Positions 45,198-61,299 of a stretch of DNA of 64,000 bases are shown piece after piece. The stretch lies in NCBI RefSeq assembly GCF_009914755.1, contig NC_060931.1; one strand, written 5' to 3'. Source of the stretch: the human T2T-CHM13v2.0 reference genome, Homo sapiens. Made by a program: the position numbers and the translations under genes. Each line of letters opens with the position of its first letter. Within the stretch, counting starts at the first letter, position 1. The notes beneath the pieces were generated by a model. The model searched no databases. It was not told the origin of the DNA and saw nothing but the letters and a program-made list of their open reading frames with translations.

Positions 45198-45988
45198 ATG
45201 AGGTTGTTTTGAGAATAAAATGAGTTCACGGCCAGGCGCAGTGGCTCACGCCTGTAATCCCAGCACTTTGGGAGGCCGAGGCGGGAGGATCATGAGGTCA
45301 GGAGTTCGAGACCAGCCTGGACAACATGGTGAAACCTCATCTCTACTAAAAATACAAAAATTAGCCGGGTGTGGTGGCACATGTAATCCAAGCTACTCAG
45401 GAGACTGAGGCAGGAGAATCCCTTGAACTCAGGAAGCGGAGGTTGCAGTGAGCCAAGATTGCACCATTGCACTCCAGCCTGGGTGACAGAGCGAGACTCT
45501 GTCTCAAAAATATATATATATATATATATAAAAATAAAATAAAATGAGTTCACAGATTAAAGCTCCCTGAAGGGTCCTGCATTTAGAAAGCACTCTAGAG
45601 GGGTCAACTATTTTTATTATTATGTTATTGTATTATAATGAATATGTAGGTGGATTGGAGGAGTTAGGTCATAAAGACAAAATAGAGTAGCATCCAATTG
45701 TACATGCATTGCATCTGGTCTCCCCCTAAACTAATGAGGTTTTACTGAGTAAAATTTTTAAAAATAACAAAATAAACATTCATTTTGTATAGTGATTCAT
45801 TTAGTTGCCCAGCTATTCTATAAATATTTGTTGAGCACCACTATCAGCCAGGCATTGTTCTAGGCAATAGTTAGGTCAGGAACAAACAAAAACCCCTGCA
45901 CTCATAAAGGCTGCATTCATTATGGAAGAAAAGAAATCATTTCCTTAGCTTTATCTAACAAAAATGAATTGTAATTTTTCATTCTTAC

Positions 45989-46139
45989 CATTTTCTACAG
46001 TGTTATATCTACCGATTCTTTAATTCCTTCATCAGTCTCTTCTTCAGATGACTGTTGGTGTAGACTGTTCTTCAACATGTCAAATATTTGCTCTCAAGAA
46101 ATGTAACCATCTCCATTCAAATAATAAACTTGAAACAGA
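45989..46139 (-). pseudogene. Calaxin-like pseudogene exon 4 (EF-hand; frameshift and 2 stops)
   Basis: 151 nt where 152 is needed; CF/QVYYLNGDGYIS*EQIFDMLKNSLHQQSSEEETDEGIKESVDITL*KM|gtaag. Confidence 0.92.
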
Positions 46140-47128
46140 CTTTTTAAAGCATAAGAAGTTTAAAGATTTGAATAACAGCAGTTAAAGTGTCATTAGTCTT
46201 CTCTTTAGTTATTTCAATTTATGATACTAAAAGACAAAAACAATTTATATTCCACGCAATGACTAGTTTATTATATGGTAGAGAGATTTTAGAATAAAGC
46301 ACTCTTTATATTTTTTTCTATCAGATTAAATATTCCTTGGGATATGAAATGAAAAACATAATTTCTGGATTTTTATATTGAAGGTTTAAAAATGATATGA
46401 AGCTGCAATCAAGGAGCTTTGAGATGAAGTTTTTAAACCTTTGATCATGCAATACATATATATACATACATGTATATGCATGTGTGTATCTATATCAGTA
46501 TTATGATTCTCTTCTTACATAGAGTGCAAAAACGAAGTACACCCTTCACTGTATCGCTGACAAAGAACATTTTTGGATGTATTTGGATGGTGAATCAGTA
46601 ATGTCCTTGGTGTCTGCTCATCTGCACTATCCAAAATTATCGAATAACCTCTCCCTGGAGAATGCTTGCCATGACTTATAATCATGGAGCTTAAGATCAT
46701 GCTTTCCATGATCTTTATAAGCACCAAAGTTCACTCACTCATCCCACAAATGATCTCACTCAGGTCATTTGTGAATAAAGGAGTCCCACAGTGAAGGAGC
46801 TTTTGTGGGGTTTATAATCAAATGTTTTAGCAAAAGTAGGAATAAAACTCCAGATTAGCAGATTAGTTGGGTCTTTCTGTTGAATTTCTTCAATCTGTAG
46901 CATACATATGAGTTTGCAATACAACCTGACTAGAAAGTAGTATTTTCTCAAAATTAACTTAAGTGTATATGAAACATTTTTAAGAAGTGAGATTAGAGAA
47001 GGAAAATTTTTTTGATAACGGGAGGCTGTTCAACCATGTACAGCTGCATTCAGTGTCAAGACCACTTTCACCAGATATTAGCATTACAAGAATTTACATT
47101 CAGAAAACAACTTTTCACTCCTAAGTGA

Positions 47129-47515
<387 letters not shown>

Positions 47516-47993
47516 TGAAAAGTTAGAGTGGGAGAAAAAAAGTACAACACAGAGAAACTAAAAAATTCATAAATGTCAAAGAAAAGTCAAAGAATTACCC
47601 CTCCATAATACATGCACTGCCATGTGCAAGGCCCGTTTCCTGCCTCAGAGGCAGCCTCGGAAATGCAGTCTTACCAGCTGATCAGAGTTGGCACAAGCCC
47701 TGACCCTTAGCTGTTGTTCTTAGCATGGGCCATAAGCCAAAGACCCATCCTGGTGATGACATTTCGGCATCCCAGAACCAGTGAAGGAAATGTTTGGGGC
47801 TGGGGACTCTTCCGTGACCTTACAATTCTGCCACCCATTTCATCAGCTTTTTTTTTTTTTTAAGCTGTCATGAACTATTTCTGCAAGGTTGCTATAAAGA
47901 ACACTGATTTTATATTTTTAAACATGTAAGCATTCACTAAGTCCAAAATTGACTATATATTACTAAGCCAGTAATCACATACAGAAATCTTAC

Positions 47994-48098
47994 ACTTGAG
48001 CTTTTCTTCATACGTTCCTTGAAGAAACACTGATAATCCTTTAACCCACTCTTTTACTTTTATGTAGTTATCATGGTCTTTGTCAAATGCAAAAAACA
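47994..48098 (-). pseudogene. Calaxin-like pseudogene exon 3 (EF-hand)
   Basis: cag|TG TTT...AAG T|gtaaga, 105 nt, [35 protein letters not shown]; intact. Confidence 0.92.
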
Positions 48099-48523
48099 CT
48101 GAAAGAAAAAGAATGCGTAACTGTATTGTAATTTAGTGCTATTTTGTAATTCAACAGTATGTAAGTATGGATAGAAAAATGTTTCTCCCAAATTGAGGGG
48201 GAGAAGTTTTGGCACAGTCTTCTTGAAAGAATCAAAATTACAGGAAATGTGTTTTCCGCTGTATTCTTGAAGAAAGAAAAGAGACATTCTCCATCATGAG
48301 CAATGATGAGTTTCGTTTGTGATGTTTTATACAGTTACTATGAGCCAAGGAGACACACAGTGGAGTTAATAGGATAATGCTTATTCTAAAAAAAAAAGTG
48401 GCAAAAATTATGTTCTAAAGAGTTTGCACAATACTTAAAGGTAAATTACTAAAATAATACATTATTTTTAAAATGGGAAACTTTAGTATTAGCCTATAAA
48501 AATAAGATATTTACTCTTTTTGA

Positions 48524-48754
<231 letters not shown>

Positions 48755-49164
48755 TTAGCTGGGCATGGTGGCAGGCGCCTGTAATCCCAGCTACTCCGGA
48801 GGCTGAGGCAGGAGAATTGTTTGAACCCGAGAGTTGGAGGTTGCCTGAGCTGAGATTGCACCACTGCACTCCAGCCTGGTCAACAGAGCGAGACTCCATC
48901 TCGGAAAAAAAAAAAAATCTGTTACTGAAATTAACTGGATCACATTAAATAATTTTTTATTTTAAAGATATGATCTTTGATTTTTTTCAATATGATGAGT
49001 CATTACCATTTTTTATACTAACTGATACATGTTCATTTTTATGAGGAAAAAGAAGCCATTTAGTAATTTACATGTCTACAGCATGTGAATCTAAAGACAT
49101 CATGATTAAAAGCTACAAACTGCATATCTTTTTTTTTTCTTTTTTTTTCTTTTTTTTTGTGTGA

Positions 49165-49347
<183 letters not shown>

Positions 49348-49472
49348 TAGCCAGGATGGTCTCGATACCCTGACCTTGTTATCTGCCCACCTCCGTCTTC
49401 CAAAGTGCTGGGATTACAGGTGTGAGCCACCGTGCCCGACCTGCAAACTGCATATCTTTTAAAAAAATGTTA

Positions 49473-49782
<310 letters not shown>

Positions 49783-49790
49783 TTACTTAG

Positions 49791-50141
<351 letters not shown>

Positions 50142-50389
50142 TGAGGTATGAAATTCTGAGTGAGTTTGTATTGAAAACTATCCTCACGATCAAACTAATT
50201 ATGTTTGCAGCACTACACTTCTGGTATTATGCCTTTCTAGTTCGGAGTTAAAAAAATTCAGGCCTGGCACGGTGGCAGATCACGACGTCAGGAGTTCGAG
50301 ACCAGCCTGGCCAACATAGTGAAACCCCATCGCTACTAAAAAATACAAAAGTTAGCCAGGTGTGGGGCACGTGCCTGTAGTCCCAGCTA

Positions 50390-50521
<132 letters not shown>

Positions 50522-50600
50522 TCAAAGTCTTTCATGAAAATGGAATATGAGTAGTCTGCTATTTCAGATCGGCTGTTTTTAGTCTCTTATGACTTCTTAT

Positions 50601-50756
50601 CCCTATTCATCAACATGTCATCAGTCATTCCTAATACATTGTGCAGGACCCCTCGAAAAGCGTTACGATCTAGCCCAGTGTTTCCAAATCTTCCATCAGC
50701 TCTTCCCACTAAGCTGTGGAAAAGTCTTATGAGACACTCTAGCTCACTTTTTTTGG
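50601..50756 (-). pseudogene. Calaxin-like pseudogene exon 2
   Basis: cag|CC AAA; KKSELECLIRLFHSLVG...GLDRNAFRGVLHNVLGMTDDMLMNR; donor reads G|ataaga (GT>AT). Confidence 0.92.
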
Positions 50757-52148
50757 CTGTAAAATGAAAAGGCAAATAAATACAACTTAGCTTTAATCAT
50801 TAAGTTATTCAATCCAGTGAAATATATCTTACTAGCAGCTATTTTGTTCCTATGATGCTAGGTATTCTGATAGAAAAATATATATATGATATGGACTAGT
50901 TACTAAAGAGCTTACACAATTAATGTGAGCCTCACTTAGAAATTTCCTAAGACAGTATGCAACTGCTAAATCATGTAAGATAACGTTCACCACTATAGAC
51001 ATGTGAAGAAAGAAAAATCAGTATGGGAAAAGAGTTGGGCCATTTTCATGGGAGAACTAGACTGTGAACTGAGCCTTGAAGGATGCGTAGTATCTATGTA
51101 GGAAGAAATGTGTTGAGGGTGGTAAAGAGGAGGAAAATTCTAGGAAAATAGGATGACATGAGTAAAGGAAAGAGGTAGAATTTTAGGATTGAAATAGAAC
51201 GTGCCTTACTGGAAGCATAATGAGCATAGCAAGGAGTTGGGAAGAAGAGAACAGCAAGGTTCAAGAGGATAGGCTGATGGTGGAGGGCCTTCAATGCCTG
51301 GTCAGAAGATTAATATTTACTATACAGAAGCAGTGTCATTTTAGACCATCTGTATGAGAATTAACCCCTTCTCCACTGCCCCATGCTTGCAGTTTCCCAG
51401 AACTTGCCCCAAATCTGCTAAACCAGAATTGTTAACAGCAGGCCCAGGAATTAGCTTTTGAACAAGAGCTCAACTTCTATGCCCTAGGAGTTGAGAATCT
51501 TTGGGTTAAGCCACTGAACATTTCGGAACAGGAGAGGGCCATAACAGTACAAAGTGGTTTAGGAAAATCTATTGAAGTAGGAAAGCTGGAAGCATGGAAG
51601 CCAGGCTTGGAGGCGTAGGGTTTGGGATAGAAAGGTGGAAATAAAGACAGAAAGCTGGGAGGGAGCCTGAGATGCTGCAGAAACTCAGTCAGGCTTTGTG
51701 ACCGATCAGATCTGCAGTGTTCAAATGGAAATTTTTAAATATGCACATACCTGGTTCTCACTCCAGACTTAGTAAAATGCTATTTTGAACAAGTGCACAA
51801 GTGTCTGATGCACTGTCAGGACTGAGAACCAACAGGTGAGACTTCGTGGGCTGGGGATACAAGACTTAATAAGCCCCTGGGTTCCACTTCCATTTCTTAT
51901 CCTAAATAACTGAGAGACTTACACAAGTCATACAGCTTCTTTATGCCTCACTGCCCTCACCTATAACACTTAGGTTTTGTCCTGGATGATCTCTAAGATT
52001 CCTTCAGTCTCTAAAAGCATAAAGTGGCACCGGGCACGCTGGCTCACGCCTGTAATCCCAGCACTTTGGGAGACTGAGGCGGGCAGATCACCTGAGGTCA
52101 AGAGTTTGAGACCAGCCTGACCAACATGGAGAAACCCCATCTCTACTA

Positions 52149-52307
<159 letters not shown>

Positions 52308-52339
52308 TCAAAAAAAAAAAAAAAAAAAGGATTACACTA

Positions 52340-52394
<55 letters not shown>

Positions 52395-52462
52395 CACAGG
52401 ATCTTTCTCTGTCACCCAGGCTGGAGTGCAGTAATGTGAATGATAGTTCACTGCAGCCCTGA

Positions 52463-52627
<165 letters not shown>

Positions 52628-53020
52628 TGATATTTTGGTGCATTCATCACCTGAGCAGGGTACATGGTGCCCAGTATGTAGTCTTTTATCCCTCACCCTC
52701 CTCCCACCCTTCCCACAGAGTCCCTAAAGTCCATTGTATCATTCTTATGTCTTTGCATCCTCATAGCTTAGCTCCCACTTATGAGAACATGTGATATTTG
52801 GTTTTCCATTCCTGAGTTGCTTCATTTAGAATAATGGCCTCCAGCTCCACCCAAGTTGCTCCATCTAAAGGCCATTAACTTTCAAATTTTTAGTAGAGAT
52901 GAAGTCTCACTATGTTGGCCAGGCTGGTCTACAACTCCTGGGCTCATGCAGTCCTCCTGCCTTGGCCTCTGAAAGTGCTGGGATTACAGGTGTGAGCCAC
53001 TGTGCCCAGCCTGGCAGTAG

Positions 53021-53356
<336 letters not shown>

Positions 53357-55254
53357 TAATGGTGAATCCTGATGAGGCAGTTTGTATTTTCCTAAAGATG
53401 ATTATATCAATGTATCCCATTGAACATGCTCTTCTTACAATGTGACTTTGGTACTCCTCTCTTAGAGAGATGGGGTCTATGTCTTCTCCCCTTAAAACTA
53501 GGGGGCTTTTTGTGACTGTTTTAACCAATAGAATATAGTGAAAATGAGGCTCTGTGATTTACAAGACTAGGTCATAAAATGGACGCAGCTGCTCTGAGGA
53601 CAAAAACTTGGAAAGTCTTTTCTTGTTTGGAATATGAAGAAAAAGGAAGCTCAGGTGTAGATGCATTATATAGAGTATAGTGTATTAATGCTTGCCTGAA
53701 AGAGATCCTGCTCCACTCTGGTAGAAAGTTATTATCTGAGTGGAAAATGTTAGCACCAATAGTGGTGTGAAAATGGAAGCCCGAGAAAAGAGAGGTTGGA
53801 AGAATAAGAGTCAGGAGCTTCTCTGAGAGTCAAATGTTGACAAGTCATCCAACAAAGCAATCAAAGATTTTAGATACAATCTGCAGCAAATAATAAGGTA
53901 ACTTTTCCTGAATTTTATCAGTGTGTCTCATGTTTCATTATATCTAAAGACCTTGCACAAGAAACCATTGTAAGGACAGGCATGGTGGTTCATGCCTGTA
54001 ATCCCAGCACTTCTAAAGGCAGAGTTGGGCAGATTGCTTGAGCTCAGGAATTTGAGACCAGCCTGGGCAATATAATGAAATCCCATCTCTACAAAAAATA
54101 CAAAAATTAGCTGAGTGTGGTGGCACATGTCTGTAGGCCCAAGCTACTTGGGAGGCTGAGGTGAAATGATGGCTTGAGTTAGGGAGGTCGAGGCTGCAGT
54201 GTGATGTGTTTGTACCACTACTACAGTCCAGCCTGGGTGACAAAGTGAGACTCTGTCTCAAAAAGAAAAGGAGAAAAGAAACCATTGTAAATGATATTTG
54301 AGAAACAATGGGTCAATAATGAGGATGGTGTTGAGATAATAGAAATTGACCCATTTTAGTTTGGAATAATTTTAAATTTACATAAGAGATGCAACGGTAT
54401 TACAAAGAGTTCCTATATACTTTTCACCCAGTTTCTCCCTAATGCTAATGTCTTACATAGCCATGGTACATTTGTCAAAGCTAATGTATTAACATTAGTA
54501 CATTAAACTATAGACTTTAATTGGATTTCCACAGTTTTTACACTAACATCCTTTTTTTGATCCCAGAATTCAGTCCAGGATACCATATTTGGTTGTCATG
54601 CCTCCTCCAACCTGTGATAGCTTTCAATCTTTCCTTGCCTATCATGAACCTGACAGTTTTGGATTTATTTTGTAGAATGGAATGGTCATCATTTTGTTTT
54701 TTTAAATTATTTTTTTCTTTTTATTTTTTAAGAGATGGAGTCTTGCTGTGTCTCCCAGGCTGGAGAGCAGTGGTGTGAGCTCATTGCAGCCTCCAACTCC
54801 TGGGCTCAAAATATCCTCCTGCCTCAAGGCCTCCCCAGGAGTTAGGACTACAGGTGCATGCCATCACATCTGGGTGTTTGCCTGTTTTTCTCAAGATTAG
54901 ACTGTGATTATGTGTTTTGAGGAATAAAACCACAGACGTAAAGTGCTGCTCTAATCACATGTAAAGGGAAACATAATCTCAGCATGACATATCACTATGG
55001 ATGTTAAACTTGATTGTTTGGTTAAGCTAGAGTCTGCCAGCTCTCTCCACTGTACTTACTGTTTTTCTCTTTCCACAATCTATTCTTTTGAAGCCAGTCA
55101 CTCAAGAAGGGAATTAAGCTCCACTTCCTGGGAAGTGGTATCTATATTATTATTTAGAATTCTTCCATAAGGAAGATTCTTCTTTTCCATTTATTACTAT
55201 TATTTAATCAGTATTAAGTCACATGTATTTATTTTATACCACTGGTTATACACT

Positions 55255-55600
55255 GCTATGGTCTGTTTAGGCCCCTCCCTGGCCTCCACCAAATTCATGT
55301 TGAAATTTTAACCCCCAAGCTAATGGTATTAGGAGGTGTGGCCTTTGGGAGGCAGTGGCAGCTAGGCCTAGTGTTCTTATAAAGAGACCCCACAGAGCTA
55401 GCTAGTCTCTTCCACTGTGGTGAGGACACAGCAAGGGAGTGCCATCCATGAGCCAGAAAGCAGGCCCTTCCTTACCAGACAGTGAATCGGCCTCGACCTT
55501 GGGCTTCCCAGCCTCCAGAACTGTGAGAACTACATTTCTGTTGCTTATAAACCATCCAGTCTATGGTATTTTGTTACAGAAGCCCAAATAGACTAAGACG
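55255..55600. mobile_element. MaLR (MST/MLT1-like) LTR within an old L1 fragment
   Basis: tgctatggt start; ccagcctccagaactgtgaga ... gactaagac end. Confidence 0.75.
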
Positions 55601-55767
55601 CCTTTCAATACTATGTTACTTTGTTGCTCAAGTTGTTCCGGCTTTGGCCATTGGCAGTTTTCAGGTTGGCTCCTGTATCTTTTTAATATATCCTCATCTT
55701 TTTGCTTTTTAAACATTTCTGTGAATCAAGATGTTCAGGCAGCACTGGAAGTCTGGTCAGTACTTAC

Positions 55768-55825
55768 AGTTCTTGACAGTTTCACTGATGGATTCTACCA
55801 GTTTCTTCAGAGCCTTCTGGTCCAT
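55768..55825 (-). pseudogene. Calaxin-like pseudogene exon 1
   Basis: gacATGG start; MDQKALKKLVESISETVKN plus T|gtaagt, 58 nt (cf. calaxin MNRKKLQKLTDTLTKNCKH). Confidence 0.85.
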
Positions 55826-55934
55826 GTCGTGTGGCTTTAACAACTCCAGAATTTCCAGATAGCTTAGCTTCAAGCCTGGACATCCTGAGCTATCACTGTT
55901 TCCAAAGTTCGTTACTCCAATCCCAACATGGCAT

Positions 55935-55948
55935 GTGACCATGGCAAC
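55935..55948. promoter_or_regulatory. RFX X-box upstream of the calaxin-like pseudogene
   Basis: GTGACCATGGCAAC matches GTNRCC-N(0-3)-RGYAAC; extra half site CCCAGCAAC at 55951-55959; 110 bp from the ATG. Confidence 0.75.
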
Positions 55949-57195
55949 ATCCCAGCAACCAAACACAGAAGGTTCTCAAGTAACTGGAAAAGTATGAAAT
56001 GTTTGCTACCACTCCGAATATGGTAATTTCATTAATGTTTCTGTGATCTAAAAATTCATTATTTTCTGAGACAGGGTCTTGCTCTGCCACATCGCCTAGG
56101 ATGCAGTGCAGTGGTGCCATCTCAGCTCAATGCAACTTCCACCTCCTGGGGCTCAAGCAATCCTCCCACCTCAGCCTCGTGAGTATCTGGGATTACAGAC
56201 ATGCACCACCACACCTGGTTTATCTTTTGCATTTTTTGTAGAGATGGGATTTTGCCATGTTGCCCAGGCTGGTCTCGAATTCCTGGGCTCAAGCGATCCA
56301 CCCACCTCCACCTCCCTAAGTACTGGAATTACAGGCCTGAGCCACCGTGCCCGGCCTATTTTTATTTTTTAGACAGGGTCTTGCTGTGTCACACTGCCCA
56401 GGCTAAAGTGTAGTGGTACAATCATAGCTCACTGCAGCCTCAGCTTCCCAGGCTCAATCCACCCTCCATCTCAGCCTCCCAAGTAGTTGGGACTGCAGGC
56501 ACGAGCCACCACACCCAGCTAACGTGATTTAAAAATTTATAGCAATTCCAACATTTATCTTTTCTTTGGGGCTAAACACCACTTCAAGTGGTATTTGATA
56601 CCATTTATACTCCTTCAGCACCAACAGAACAGTTGAAAACATATTTGAACACATAATAACTAAATAAGTTACAAATACCTTATTAAGCTGGAAGTAATTT
56701 CCCAGGCTATCAGCAGCTCCTTCAAAGGTTACAACCTCCTCCAAACTCTAACCAAGCACCCTTTTATGATATCCAAACAGAAGCTTCAATCTGGGAGCTT
56801 CTAGAAAAATTAAAAACTCACTTTTACCCCTCCAACTTTGATTGGGTTGACTGGTAGGATAACATGGTGTGACTATGCCAAAGCTGACTAAAATGTCAAC
56901 TGTTCTAACTTGTTGATTGTAAAATCCTGGTAGAGAGAACAAACATGTCATCTATGTCTGCTGGCCTTCACTGTGGTAAGGCAAGAAAATGTATTAAAGT
57001 GATTTTTAGAATTTAGGACACTAGATTCTTACTAACTTTTAAATGAAACATAAAACCAAAATTTAAAATACAGCAAAGGCTGGGCGTGGTGGCTTATGCC
57101 TGTAATCTCAGCAGTTTGGGAAACTGAGGTGGGAGGACTGCTTGAGCCCAGGAGTTTGAGACCAGCCTGGGTAACATAGGGAGATCCTGTCTCTA

Positions 57196-57235
<40 letters not shown>

Positions 57236-57981
57236 AGCTGGGTGTGGCGGTGCATGCCTGTCACAGGTTCCAGCTACTGGGAAGGCTGAAGTGGGAGGCT
57301 GGCTTGAGCCTGGGAAGTCAAGGATGCAGTGATCTATCATTAAATACAGTTGGGGGGAAAAAAGGTTTCTCAAAACTTTTCTTAAGCAAATAAATAAATG
57401 AGTATTCATAGACTTTAAGTTAAAAAGTAGCAATTTTTAAAAAACTATGAACCCTGTCACTTAAATTTGAAGAATAGCTGTTCTCACTTGGTTTCTGTGA
57501 GCCTTGTCTATGGGTCTCCATGAAATGTCAGAAAATTAAGCAATAGGTTTTTAATACAACTTGATTGAAGGAATGTAAATCTGTATTCTAGTTAAAATAA
57601 ATTCAGGACACTCTAATGGTATTTAAAACAACTAAATATACTAAGGGCAGCCAAAGGAATCCAAACAATTACAAAGAGGTAGCATGAGTATAAAGCCAAT
57701 TTTTCTATCTGGAACATCCACAGATTTATGGCAGTTATTCCAGTACCGTTATCCTAGTAACATGCCTTGTATTTGTAAAAAATTGGTGTAAAGTTTGTCA
57801 AGAAAAAGGGTAGTTTGGAAGGGAGGAAGAGATGTTAGTAACTTGCACAGGGTAATAACTTTGGAATAAACATAACTGATAATATGACTCTGTCAGCTAG
57901 GCGCAGTGGCTCATACCTGTAACCCTAGTACTTTGGGAGGCAGAGGTGGGTGGATCACTTGAGCCCAGGAGTTTGGGATCA

Positions 57982-58209
<228 letters not shown>

Positions 58210-58739
58210 TTATTCTGTCAAATTTTCTTTTCTTTCCATACTTTGTTAGGAGGCTGTTAAGGCTACCAACAGAGGACTAGAAAAAAGTGTTGCCCAGACA
58301 GTTAACACATTCTGGAAAGAATATAGTTTTTCACCAAATCACCTTCTTCCCCGTCTAATAAAATGAACAGTTGCTTCTAGTGGAATACAATCTTTATATA
58401 CCTATTGGACTAGTCTGTAAACCTGCACTTCCATGTCGTAACAAAAGTGATGACCATGTAATCTGATCAACTTATCTTCTGGCATTTTCATGAACAACAA
58501 TTCTAGGAAACTTCCTTTTGGATGCAAAATGTCCCTTGAATTTTCTGTGTATTCAAAAGCATACAGATATCTTTTATTAGGAAATAGCATGCAGCTTTGA
58601 GTATAAGAAACCAAGATATGTGTTTTTTTAATAGCTAAAAATTTAGGGACATGTCTTATCTATTTCCAGCTTAACATCTAGGAGTGTTTATCTTTGTAAG
58701 TTTACTTGCAGTCCAAAGGGAGCTGATAAGAACACAGCT

Positions 58740-60229
58740 ATTTTTAAGTAAAATAGCTATTTATTCAGCCTGTTGTCATGCCAACATGTTCTGTGCATAT
58801 ACCACTATAATTAGCACACCCTTTGTAACAGGCAAAATTGTACATCAAGTTGTATGTCATGTTACCTGATTATATAAAAATGTAAAATGAAAATGAATTA
58901 TCAATTCCTTTTAACATTCCTAGTAAACAATTCAGCAGTAGACATGAGGCACAAAATCTTAGTAAAATATGACACAGGGAGAGCAATAATGTAACTCTTA
59001 TTTAAACTTAACTTGTCATAATTTGTTATTAATATACAAAGACAACAAACTTTTAAAACATTACATTTACTAAGATTCTGGCAATAAGACACAGCATACC
59101 AGGCTTGCCACTCAACTTGTTATTGTAAGTCTCAGCTTCAATATGAAGCCGTTTTTTTTTTTTAATCAAAACCCTGCTTTTTACATGCTAAATATCTTGG
59201 CAAGTAGGCCATTAAACATAGTAATGAACTTAAGACAGCAAGAGTGAGGAGTTAACAAAAGCTAAACATTGCAGCCTAAACAAAATTCATACAAAAAAAT
59301 AAACTATCACTAGTTACATAAAATTTTCCTGACTGGTTAAAACTTAGTATAAAACATGCATTTTAGAATCTTTAGCTATCAAGTTCAAAAAGTACCAATG
59401 TCTATTTAAAATAATTCCTCTCCCAAGCCAAAGTGTAGTCAAAATTAATTCAAATGACATAACACATTCTAATGCTAAAAAATATTCATTATTACTAAAG
59501 TGGAGGTAAATCCCAGAGCTTTTGGGGCTTTCTCATGCTGCAAATGGCTGTTTCTCTGGTTCACTCAAAGCAGCATATGACAGCATCCAAAGATGACACT
59601 AAGCTCAGTAAAGGGCAAGACTGCTGGTAGCCAGCTCTGACCTCCCCGTGAAGCATGGCTACTGTGTCCATAATACAGGATGTGTGAGGATCAAAGGCAC
59701 ACTATTCTGCTAGCTAAAGAGATAGCAAACCACCCCCCAACCCTAAAAGCTCCTTCCCCAGGTAAATAAAAGTATACGAGGGGAAAAAATTAAAATACAC
59801 TTATCTACAGAGTAAGGGTTTTGAAATATTAATGTAATCCCTCCTTCAAAAATTCTAACTAGAGTCATCTGGTCATTTCTGATTACATCTTAAAGATGTA
59901 TCCAGATTCAATTTCTGTTGGTTTATCCTTAGACGCTTCTAGTCAAAAGTATTAATTTTATTCCCAAATATCTTAACCACTAGTACGACTGCAGTGTATT
60001 ATCTCCCAGAGTTATCAAGCACTGGAAGAGAAAAAAATAGATGTTCAAGCAGCAGGCAACATTTATGGCCCTTTCACACAGTGGCATCTGAGTGGCTACT
60101 GAATAGTCCAGGAATAATTCCAAAAACAAGAAAATTCATGCATTTTAGTAAATATGTTGTAGTTTTCACAGTTGAAATTTCCTCAGACATTGCACTTTCT
60201 TTATAAGGGAATCCTGATTTTTCTTAATG
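58740..60229 (-). other. FAM133B: FAM133B 3' UTR, with candidate poly(A) signal at 58760-58765
   Basis: AT-rich sequence after the stop with no obvious repeats; minus-strand AATAAA (plus-strand tttatt); exact end inferred. Confidence 0.6.
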
Positions 60230-60364
<135 letters not shown>

Positions 60365-61299
60365 TTAAAAGCATCTTTACCATGCTTCTAAGCTACCACA
60401 TAATTCCAAACAATCCACACAACCAAGAAAACTACTCAAAACATTCCTCAAAAAGTCTCAACAACCAGTATCATATGAGGACTAAAACAGTTCTTGTCGA
60501 TTTTCAAAAAGATAGGGAGAAACTCTTAAGTCATTAGCATATTAACATAACTTCTAACAAAATTTCCTGTAGGAAATAAATTCAATTGAATCATGCTACC
60601 AATCACTATTATTTCATGCTATATAACTTCTAAAGGTAAAGTAATTGCAGTTACTGGAATGGAGTAACCAAATAAAAACATAATTGTTTTTGTAAAATAG
60701 TTTTCAGACAGAACAGAGATATTAAATTTGCCAGTTTTAAGTAAATAGGTACACAGGCATTGTGTACTGCTCAGACTGGCAGCACTACTTGAAGTTGCTG
60801 TCATTAATTATTAAATTATTAAATTAAAATCAACTAATTAGTACAAAGTATCAATGTATAGTTAAAAAGTCTACTTTGTTAAGCAAAACAGATGTCTGAT
60901 TTTTAGAAGAAAATGCCACTAATGCCCGGTAGAAGTAGTTAAACTGTGAGTGGATTGAAGGGAGCTGGAGTTTTGCTGAAGTCTGACTCTCCTATTTTTG
61001 TTATAGAACGCAGAACTTTTAGAAACACAGATACTTGGAAAGGTGGTACCAAATGAGAGACTGCTGCTAGTGTACTGATATTCAAGAGAAGAAAATGAAA
61101 AGCAAAAAAGAAGAGACCTATAAGGATGGTAACAGCAGAGCTTCCTATCCATTTCCTATCTATCAGCACTATCTACTCTCCCCTCTCTCAAAGGCCTCTA
61201 CCACTCTGTGGCACTAAGCTAATTTTCAACATTCTTTTCTCACTACATGTTTGAAGTACATAGGGAATATTACAGAGTCCAAAATCTTGTAATTTGGGC

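Noticed and set aside
44049-45229. Overlapping 150-180 aa ORFs on both strands
   Set aside because: GC-rich LTR with few stop codons
46515-46900. Unique-looking stretch with acceptor- and donor-like motifs in pseudogene intron 3
   Set aside because: No continuous frame or recognisable homology, and not needed to complete the calaxin alignment
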